Shown: positions 40,909 to 49,375 of the stretch, one piece after another | Layout of the letters: the number at the start of each line of letters is the position of its first letter | Numbering within the stretch: the first letter of the stretch is position 1 | Source of the DNA: Cellvibrionales bacterium | Lineage (GTDB): Bacteria; Pseudomonadota; Gammaproteobacteria; Pseudomonadales; UBA7239 | Assembly: GCA_016713115.1 (NCBI GenBank) | Contig: JADJPU010000001.1 | Coordinates: forward strand, 923,762-987,761 | DNA length: 64,000 nt | Reading direction: 5' to 3' | Notes under the pieces: model-generated | The model's input: only the letters and a program-made list of their open reading frames with translations | Databases searched by the model: none | What the model was told of the DNA's origin: nothing | Made by a program: the position numbers and the translations under genes

Positions 40909-43900
40909 TCAGTTGCCGCTGGCGATTCTGCCGGAGATGATCTCCACAAAACCCACATCCTTGATATTCTTCAGCTTGGCTGGTTTAGCCGGGTTCTTCT
41001 GCACCCACATCTGCGTATCTGCTTTTGGCGCTGAAGTGATGATGTCGCTGTAACCATCCAAGTTCACATCACCACCGTTTGCCAAGTAGAGCCCACGGTT
41101 ATCTTTCGCGCGCACACCCAGCACCGGCTCGTCGATTGATACGCCGGTTGCGCCGTTCAACAAATATACAGCACCTGCATCTTTCAGCACTTTGCCTTTG
41201 GTTTTGGGTGGCACGGGCGGCAGCGTTCTGTCGCGGCCTGGCGCACCAGCCACCACATCCAGCTGGCCATCGTTGTCGATGTCGCCGCCGGCCGCCACGC
41301 TCCAACCCAAGCGATCACCTGCGGCTTCTCCGTTTTTCGCGAGAATACGCACACAGGGGATGCCTGCATTGACACAGGAGTAGCCGTATACCGCACCCGC
41401 CTGTTTCATCGGTTTGCCGGTAGTGACATTGGTCACGGTGTGGCGGTAAGCGCCCACGACGATATCTGCCTTGGTATCGCCGTCGAGATCGCCCGCACTG
41501 GCAACGCTATAACCAAACCAGTCACCGGCGTTTTCACCACTGACACGCACCCACTCGGTGCCGTCAGCGCCCGAGTACACCACGGCGGCACCTGCGTCTT
41601 TCTTACCGGCAACATCTGCTTTTGGCAAGCCAACCAGCACATCTGCATGACCGTCACCATCTACATCTCCGGCACCTGCAACCGCACTGCCCAAACTGTC
41701 GCCAGCGGTGTCGCCGCTGATAGGGAACAACGAGGAAGCAACATCGCAGGCATTGGCACTCGAATCAACCGCTGCCGCCAAATCTGCCCCTGAACACACC
41801 AGAGCGCGACCAGCGTCTTTCAGCGGCTTGCTGTCGACAACCGCAATATCCGCTTTCGGCACACCGATCACTACATCGGGGTTGCCATCATTGTCCGTGT
41901 CGCCAGCGTTTGCCACCGACCAGCCCAAGTTGTCGCCCGCCGCCGTACCTTGCGCACTAGCCATCAGCGCGCCGGTTTGACCGTTAAACACATACACCTT
42001 GCCAGCGTCTTTCAACACTTTGATTTTACCTTCAACAGTGATGGTCACATCGGCTTTCGGAGCGCCGACGATGATATCGGCATAGCCATCATTGTTCACA
42101 TCCGCACCGGCCACGCTATAACCGAACCAGTCGTTGCTCTTCTCGCCCGTCAGCGGCGCAGCGCTAAATAGCTCGCTGCCATCGCGACCGGAGTACACAT
42201 ACACACGACCGGCAGATTTCAGCTTTTTGGTGCTCGGGGGCAAGGGTTTATCCCACAGATGGGCGCCAACCACGACATCATTGATGCCATCGTTGTCCAC
42301 ATCACCGGCATTGGCCACTGAGATGCCGAAGGTGTCTTTCTTAAACTCGCCCCATTTGCGCATCAACACACCAGGATCCGCGTCATAAGGATCCGCATCG
42401 CAGGCATCACCTACACCGTCACCGTCCGTGTCTTTCTGATCTGCATTAGCAACAGCAGGACAGTTGTCTGCGTTGTCACCTACACCATCGCCATCATCGT
42501 CGGTAGTTTCGGTAGGGTCATTCGGGAACGCATCGCAATCGTCGCCCACGCCATCGCCATCCGTATCAGTCTGTGCAGGGTTGGATACCGCTGGGCAGTT
42601 GTCGGTCGCGTTGTCCACGCCATCGCCGTCGGTATCACCCGTTGGCGTGCTGTCGCAAGCGTCGCCCGTGCCGTCACCGTCGGTGTCGGTCTGTGTTGGG
42701 TTCGCGACCGCTGAGCAGTTGTCGGCATTTTCATCCACGCCGTCACCGTCGGTGTCGCCGTTCGGGGTGCTGTCGCACGCGTCGCCCGTGCCATCGCCAT
42801 CGGTGTCAGTCTGGGCAGGGTTTGCGACCGCCGGGCAGTTGTCGGTGGCGTTGTCTACGCCGTCACCGTCGGTGTCGCCGGTTGGGGTCGTGTCACAGGC
42901 ATCGCCAATCGTGTCACCGTCGGCATCTTCTTGACCAGGGTTTGCTACTGCTGGGCAGTTGTCCGTCGCGTTGTCCACGCCGTCACCGTCGGTGTCGCCG
43001 GTCGGGGTCGTGTCGCAAGCATCACCAATCGTGTCACCGTCGGCATCTTCTTGACCAGGGTTTGCTACTGCTGGGCAGTTGTCGGTGGCGTTGTCTACGC
43101 CGTCACCGTCGGTGTCGCCGGTTGGGGTCGTGTCACAGGCATCGCCAATCGTGTCACCGTCGGCATCTTCTTGACCAGGGTTTGCTACTGCTGGGCAGTT
43201 GTCCGTCGCGTTGTCCACGCCGTCACCGTCGGTGTCGCCGGTCGGGGTCGTGTCGCAAGCATCACCAATCGTGTCACCGTCGGCATCTTCTTGACCAGGG
43301 TTTGCTGCTGCTGGGCAGTTGTCCGTCGCGTTGTCCACGCCGTCACCGTCGGTGTCGCCGTTCGGGGTGCTGTCGCACGCGTCACCGGTGCCATCGCCGT
43401 CGGTGTCGGTCTGCGTTGGGTTGGAGACCGCTGGGCAGTTGTCGGCATTTTCATCCACGCCGTCACCGTCGGTGTCGCCGTTCGGGGTGCTGTCGCACGC
43501 GTCACCGGTGCCATCGCCGTCGGTGTCGGTCTGCGTTGGGTTCGCGACCGCTGGGCAGTTGTCGGCATTTTCATCCACGCCGTCACCATCGGTGTCGCCG
43601 TTCGGGGTGCTGTCGCACGCGTCACCGGTGCCATCGCCGTCGGTGTCGGTCTGCGTTGGGTTCGCGACCGCTGGGCAGTTGTCGGCATTTTCATCCACGC
43701 CGTCACCATCGGTGTCGCCGTTCGGGGTGCTGTCGCAGGCATCGCCCACGCCATCACCATCGGTGTCGGTCTGGGTCGGGTTCGCGACTGCTGGGCAGTT
43801 GTCGGCATTTTCATCCACGCCGTCGCCGTCAGTATCGCCGTTCGGGGTGCTGTCGCAGGCATCGCCCACGCCATCACCATCGGTGTCGGTCTGGGTTGGG

Positions 43901-46900
43901 TTCGCGACCGCTGGGCAGTTATCGGCATTTTCATCCACGCCGTCGCCGTCGGTATCGCCGTTCGGGGTGGTATCACAGGCATCGCCCGTGCCATCACCGT
44001 CGGTGTCGGTCTGGGTCGGGTTCGCGACTGCTGGGCAGTTGTCAGCATTGTTGTCGACACCATCACCGTCGGTATCACCGTTCGGTGTACTGTCGCAGGC
44101 GTCACCGATGCCGTCCAGATCCGTGTCTTCTTGCAGCGGATTTGCCACAGCCGGACAGTTGTCTGACAGGTTATCAATGCCATCACTGTCGGTATCACCG
44201 TTCGGTGTACTGTCGCAGGCGTCACCGATGCCATCCGCGTCGGTATCAGTTTGCGTCGGGTTCGCAATCAGCGGACAGTTGTCACTCAAATTATCCACGC
44301 CGTCAGAATCGGTATCACCATTCGGTGTACTGTCGCAGGCGTCACCGATGCCGTCCACGTCGGTATCAGTTTGCGTCGGGTTCGCAATCAGCGGACAGTT
44401 GTCACTCAAATTATCCACGCCGTCAGAATCGGTATCACCATTCGGTGTACTGTCGCAGGCGTCACCGATGCCGTCCACGTCGGTATCAGTTTGCGTCGGG
44501 TTCGCAATCAGCGGACAGTTGTCACTCAAATTATCCACGCCGTCAGAATCGGTATCACCATTCGGTGTACTGTCGCAGGCGTCACCGATGCCGTCCACGT
44601 CGGTATCAGTTTGCGTCGGGTTCGCAATCAGCGGACAGTTGTCACTCAAATTATCCACGCCGTCAGAATCGGTATCACCGTTCGGTGTGGAGTCACACGC
44701 GTCACCGATACCGTCCAGATCCGTATCTTCCTGCAATGGATTCGCGATCAGCGGACAGTTGTCGCTGTTGTTATCGATGCCATCAGAATCGGTATCACCA
44801 TTCGGTGTCGAGTCACACGCGTCACCGATGCCGTCCACGTCGGTATCAGTTTGCGTCGGGTTCGCAATCAGCGGACAGTTATCTGTATTGTTATCAATGC
44901 CATCACCGTCGGTATCGCCATTCGGTGTCGAGTCGCACGCGTCACCGATACCATCGGCATCGGTATCTTCTTGCAGCGGATTCGCGACAGCCGGACAGTT
45001 GTCTGACAGGTTATCAATGCCATCACTGTCGGTATCACCGTTCGGTGTACTGTCGCAGGCGTCACCGATGCCATCCGCGTCGGTATCGGTCTGCGTCGGG
45101 TTCGCAATCAGCGGACAGTTGTCTGACAGGTTATCAATGCCATCACCATCGGTGTCACCGTTCGGCGTGCTGTCGCAGGCGTCACCGATGCCATCCGCGT
45201 CGGTATCGGTCTGCGTCGGGTTCGCAATCAGCGGACAGTTGTCTGACAGGTTATCAATGCCATCACCATCGGTGTCACCGTTCGGCGTGCTGTCGCAGGC
45301 GTCACCGATGCCATCCGCGTCGGTATCGGTCTGCGTCGGGTTCGCAATCAGCGGACAGTTGTCTGACAGGTTATCAATGCCATCACCATCGGTGTCACCG
45401 TTCGGCGTGCTGTCGCAGGCGTCACCGATGCCATCCGCGTCGGTATCGGTCTGCGTCGGGTTCGCAATCAGCGGACAGTTGTCTGACAGGTTATCAATGC
45501 CATCACCATCGGTGTCACCGTTCGGCGTGCTGTCGCAGGCGTCACCGATGCCATCCGCGTCGGTATCGGTCTGCGTCGGGTTCGCAATCAGCGGACAGTT
45601 GTCTGACAGGTTATCAATGCCATCACCATCGGTGTCACCGTTCGGCGTGCTGTCGCAGGCGTCACCGATGCCATCCGCGTCGGTATCGGTCTGCGTCGGG
45701 TTCGCAATCAGCGGACAGTTGTCTGACAGGTTATCAATGCCATCACCATCGGTGTCACCGTTCGGCGTGCTGTCGCAGGCGTCACCGATGCCATCCGCGT
45801 CGGTATCGGTCTGCGTCGGGTTCGCAATCAGCGGACAGTTGTCTGACAGGTTATCAATGCCATCACCATCGGTGTCACCGTTCGGCGTGCTGTCGCAGGC
45901 GTCACCGATGCCATCCGCGTCGGTATCGGTCTGCGTCGGGTTCGCAATCAGCGGACAGTTGTCTGACAGGTTATCAATGCCATCACCATCGGTGTCACCG
46001 TTCGGCGTGCTGTCGCAGGCGTCACCGATGCCATCCGCGTCGGTATCGGTCTGCGTCGGGTTCGCAATCAGCGGACAGTTGTCTGACAGGTTATCAATGC
46101 CATCACCATCGGTGTCACCGTTCGGCGTGCTGTCGCAGGCGTCACCGATGCCATCCGCGTCGGTATCGGTCTGCGTCGGGTTCGCAATCAGCGGACAGTT
46201 GTCTGACAGGTTATCAATGCCATCACCATCGGTGTCACCGTTCGGCGTGCTGTCGCAGGCGTCACCGATGCCATCCGCGTCGGTATCGGTCTGCGTCGGG
46301 TTCGCAATCAGCGGACAGTTGTCTGACAGGTTATCAATGCCATCACCATCGGTGTCACCGTTCGGCGTGCTGTCGCAGGCGTCACCGATGCCATCCGCGT
46401 CGGTATCGGTCTGCGTCGGGTTCGCAATCAGCGGACAGTTGTCTGACAGGTTATCAATGCCATCACCATCGGTGTCACCGTTCGGCGTGCTGTCGCAGGC
46501 GTCACCGATGCCATCCGCGTCGGTATCGGTCTGCGTCGGGTTCGCAATCAGCGGACAGTTGTCTGACAGGTTATCAATGCCATCACCATCGGTGTCACCG
46601 TTCGGCGTGCTGTCGCAGGCGTCACCGATGCCATCCGCGTCGGTATCGGTCTGCGTCGGGTTCGCAATCAGCGGACAGTTGTCTGACAGGTTATCAATGC
46701 CATCACCATCGGTGTCACCGTTCGGCGTGCTGTCGCAGGCGTCACCGATGCCATCCGCGTCGGTATCGGTCTGCGTCGGGTTCGCAATCAGCGGACAGTT
46801 GTCTGACAGGTTATCAATGCCATCACCATCGGTGTCACCGTTCGGCGTGCTGTCGCAGGCGTCACCGATGCCATCCGCGTCGGTATCGGTCTGCGTCGGG

Positions 46901-48003
46901 TTCGCAATCAGCGGACAGTTGTCTGACAGGTTATCAATGCCATCACCATCGGTGTCACCGTTCGGCGTGCTGTCGCAGGCGTCACCGATACCATCCGCAT
47001 CGGTATCTTCCTGCAACGGATTCGCGACAGCCGGACAGTTGTCTGACAGGTTATCAATGCCATCACCATCCGTATCGCCATTCGGTGTCGAGTCACACGC
47101 GTCACCGATACCATCCGCATCGGTATCTTCCTGCAATGGATTCGCAACGAGCGGACAGTTGTCACTAGCATCGGCAATGCCATCACTGTCGGTATCTGGC
47201 GTTAATGTACCTGTCAGGAAAACGCCTTGATCGGCTGCTTCAGCCGGATCACAGTCAATGGATGAGCCCTGATCTGCCAGACCACCCACCCAGCACACGG
47301 AATCATTGGCAAAAGCACCACCACGGATGTGGGTGTCGATGTCATACGAAATAGTGAACTGCAAAGTAGCCGGGCCATTACCGGTAACAACAGCGCTATT
47401 GTTCTGGTTGATTGGTGTAGTGACAGAAGTGTTAAGCACACCGGTTGTTGGCAGCGCCAGACTTCCACTATCAAGCGTATCGCCAGACAGTGAAGTGGTA
47501 ACTGCTTTAGCTTCGATTCGCCTGTTGTTGCCGCCATTATCGACAGCCTGAATAATTCCCTTACGCAGAATGCCGAGATCAAGTTTCCAGTTGCCCGAAC
47601 CGGTGATATTCACAGTCACCAGATAACTGGGCCGATAGTAAAGATTGATGTTGATAGACACTTGTGACTTGGAACGCAACTGGTTCGCGTATCGAGAAGT
47701 AAACGTAGTACCGGTAAAATTACTGCTTGTGCTGGAATTCCACTCACTCCTGCCATTGGGAACGCTGAAAGCAGAATCATCCTTCCATGTGATACCAGGG
47801 CAGGCGCCTGCTGCAGGGCAATCCGGCTCTGGCGCAGTGTTATCTCCCCACGTACCCGCTGTATTGTTTGAAATAGTGAGGCCGGTTATTGCGGGAGCGG
47901 CACTGGCTAGCGGGCTGAACGCCAGCGCCGCCAGCAGCAATATGCCGTGCAAGACTGATTGGTTTGAAATGTGCGTGTTACCGGAAAACCAGGTAAGAAT
48001 CAT
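40909..48003 (-). CDS. giant secreted Ca-binding repeat protein: signal peptide + unknown N-domain + ~40 x 40-aa thrombospondin type-3-like units + seven FG-GAP repeats
   Basis: A single 2,364-aa ORF with signal peptide ...LLLAALAFSPLASA/AP. The repeat unit is DGDGIDNLSDNCPLIANPTQTDTDADGIGDACDSTPNGDT and variants (DxDxDGxxDxxD loops plus paired Cys). The C-terminal ~480 aa hold seven FG.SVA.AGD...DG..D...GAP motifs. Confidence 0.9.
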   Translation of the reverse strand: MILTWFSGNTHISNQSVLHGILLLAALAFSPLASAAPAITGLTISNNTAGTWGDNTAPEPDCPAAGACPGITWKDDSAFSVPNGRSEWNSSTSSNFTGTTFTSRYANQLRSKSQVSININLYYRPSYLVTVNITGSGNWKLDLGILRKGIIQAVDNGGNNRRIEAKAVTTSLSGDTLDSGSLALPTTGVLNTSVTTPINQNNSAVVTGNGPATLQFTISYDIDTHIRGGAFANDSVCWVGGLADQGSSIDCDPAEAADQGVFLTGTLTPDTDSDGIADASDNCPLVANPLQEDTDADGIGDACDSTPNGDTDGDGIDNLSDNCPAVANPLQEDTDADGIGDACDSTPNGDTDGDGIDNLSDNCPLIANPTQTDTDADGIGDACDSTPNGDTDGDGIDNLSDNCPLIANPTQTDTDADGIGDACDSTPNGDTDGDGIDNLSDNCPLIANPTQTDTDADGIGDACDSTPNGDTDGDGIDNLSDNCPLIANPTQTDTDADGIGDACDSTPNGDTDGDGIDNLSDNCPLIANPTQTDTDADGIGDACDSTPNGDTDGDGIDNLSDNCPLIANPTQTDTDADGIGDACDSTPNGDTDGDGIDNLSDNCPLIANPTQTDTDADGIGDACDSTPNGDTDGDGIDNLSDNCPLIANPTQTDTDADGIGDACDSTPNGDTDGDGIDNLSDNCPLIANPTQTDTDADGIGDACDSTPNGDTDGDGIDNLSDNCPLIANPTQTDTDADGIGDACDSTPNGDTDGDGIDNLSDNCPLIANPTQTDTDADGIGDACDSTPNGDTDGDGIDNLSDNCPLIANPTQTDTDADGIGDACDSTPNGDTDGDGIDNLSDNCPLIANPTQTDTDADGIGDACDSTPNGDTDGDGIDNLSDNCPLIANPTQTDTDADGIGDACDSTPNGDTDGDGIDNLSDNCPLIANPTQTDTDADGIGDACDSTPNGDTDGDGIDNLSDNCPLIANPTQTDTDADGIGDACDSTPNGDTDSDGIDNLSDNCPAVANPLQEDTDADGIGDACDSTPNGDTDGDGIDNNTDNCPLIANPTQTDTDVDGIGDACDSTPNGDTDSDGIDNNSDNCPLIANPLQEDTDLDGIGDACDSTPNGDTDSDGVDNLSDNCPLIANPTQTDTDVDGIGDACDSTPNGDTDSDGVDNLSDNCPLIANPTQTDTDVDGIGDACDSTPNGDTDSDGVDNLSDNCPLIANPTQTDTDVDGIGDACDSTPNGDTDSDGVDNLSDNCPLIANPTQTDTDADGIGDACDSTPNGDTDSDGIDNLSDNCPAVANPLQEDTDLDGIGDACDSTPNGDTDGDGVDNNADNCPAVANPTQTDTDGDGTGDACDTTPNGDTDGDGVDENADNCPAVANPTQTDTDGDGVGDACDSTPNGDTDGDGVDENADNCPAVANPTQTDTDGDGVGDACDSTPNGDTDGDGVDENADNCPAVANPTQTDTDGDGTGDACDSTPNGDTDGDGVDENADNCPAVANPTQTDTDGDGTGDACDSTPNGDTDGDGVDENADNCPAVSNPTQTDTDGDGTGDACDSTPNGDTDGDGVDNATDNCPAAANPGQEDADGDTIGDACDTTPTGDTDGDGVDNATDNCPAVANPGQEDADGDTIGDACDTTPTGDTDGDGVDNATDNCPAVANPGQEDADGDTIGDACDTTPTGDTDGDGVDNATDNCPAVANPGQEDADGDTIGDACDTTPTGDTDGDGVDNATDNCPAVANPAQTDTDGDGTGDACDSTPNGDTDGDGVDENADNCSAVANPTQTDTDGDGTGDACDSTPTGDTDGDGVDNATDNCPAVSNPAQTDTDGDGVGDDCDAFPNDPTETTDDDGDGVGDNADNCPAVANADQKDTDGDGVGDACDADPYDADPGVLMRKWGEFKKDTFGISVANAGDVDNDGINDVVVGAHLWDKPLPPSTKKLKSAGRVYVYSGRDGSELFSAAPLTGEKSNDWFGYSVAGADVNNDGYADIIVGAPKADVTITVEGKIKVLKDAGKVYVFNGQTGALMASAQGTAAGDNLGWSVANAGDTDNDGNPDVVIGVPKADIAVVDSKPLKDAGRALVCSGADLAAAVDSSANACDVASSLFPISGDTAGDSLGSAVAGAGDVDGDGHADVLVGLPKADVAGKKDAGAAVVYSGADGTEWVRVSGENAGDWFGYSVASAGDLDGDTKADIVVGAYRHTVTNVTTGKPMKQAGAVYGYSCVNAGIPCVRILAKNGEAAGDRLGWSVAAGGDIDNDGQLDVVAGAPGRDRTLPPVPPKTKGKVLKDAGAVYLLNGATGVSIDEPVLGVRAKDNRGLYLANGGDVNLDGYSDIITSAPKADTQMWVQKNPAKPAKLKNIKDVGFVEIISGRIASGN
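42841..43320 (-). repeat. 2 x 240-nt higher-order repeat (two-unit period) of a third subtype (…DNATDNCPAVANPGQEDADGDTIGDACDTTPTGDT)
   Basis: 42841-43080 versus 43081-43320 differ at a single position (43067 a versus 43307 g). Confidence 0.9.
44281..44640 (-). repeat. 3 identical tandem copies of a second unit subtype (DSDGVDNLSDNCPLIANPTQTDTDVDGIGD...)
   Basis: Lines 44281=44401=44521 and 44341=44461=44581. Confidence 0.9.
45061..46980 (-). repeat. 16 nucleotide-identical tandem copies of the 120-nt unit (1,920 bp)
   Basis: Line pairs 45061/45121 through 46861/46921 are letter-for-letter identical on inspection. Confidence 0.9.
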
Positions 48004-48052
48004 GCTGAGCCTGCGATATCTATGCTTATCCTTTGATCATCTCACAGGCCAA

Positions 48053-48078
48053 TGTAGTGGTCAAGTAAAACCGGACAC
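48053..48078. repeat. IS terminal inverted repeat (end facing the giant gene)
   Basis: See the mobile_element entry. On the minus strand it contains TTGACC (48059-48064) pointing outward. Confidence 0.85.
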
Positions 48079-48090
48079 GGGTTTAGGTTT

Positions 48091-49235
<1,145 letters not shown>

Positions 49236-49279
49236 TATGGAGCACCTCTGTATCGGGCAGCAGTTTACTGCCCATAAGA

Positions 49280-49305
49280 GTGTCCGGAATCATTAGACCA
49301 CTACA
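49280..49305. repeat. IS terminal inverted repeat (transposase-proximal end)
   Basis: See the mobile_element entry. Confidence 0.85.
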
Positions 49306-49375
49306 CAATTCTTTACCACAATACGCACTCTCCGCCTCACAAGAGAGGCGAGGGGAATCGATACGTAGCATACTC

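Larger units (their letters stand above)
42385..47196 (-). repeat. coding tandem array, period 120 nt, ~40 units in perfect register
   Basis: Every 120 nt the same motif (…ggacagtt / gtc…) recurs at the same offset of the printed lines from 42421 to 47220. I found no indel. Confidence 0.9.

Noticed and set aside
42385-47196. Highly regular direct repeats that could be mistaken for a CRISPR array.
   Set aside because: The units are contiguous with no spacers. The period of 120 nt is much longer than CRISPR repeats. The array is an in-frame part of a protein-coding ORF. No cas genes are nearby.
42573-47230. Very long plus-strand ORFs antisense to the giant gene: 1,531 aa Cys/Arg/His-rich (42573..47168), 1,303 aa Ser/Pro/Val-rich (43319..47230), 411 aa (42931..44166) and several minus-strand off-frame ORFs.
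   Set aside because: They exist only because the 120-nt unit lacks stop codons in several frames and is then copied about 40 times. Their products are periodic low-complexity strings without start context. The minus-strand frame encodes recognisable TSP3 and FG-GAP motifs continuously from a signal peptide to a terminator.
49306-49375. The CGCCTC...GAGGCG hairpin downstream of the kinase gene as its terminator.
   Set aside because: The stem is only 6 bp, is imperfect beyond that, and is not followed by a T run on the minus strand. This is too weak to call.
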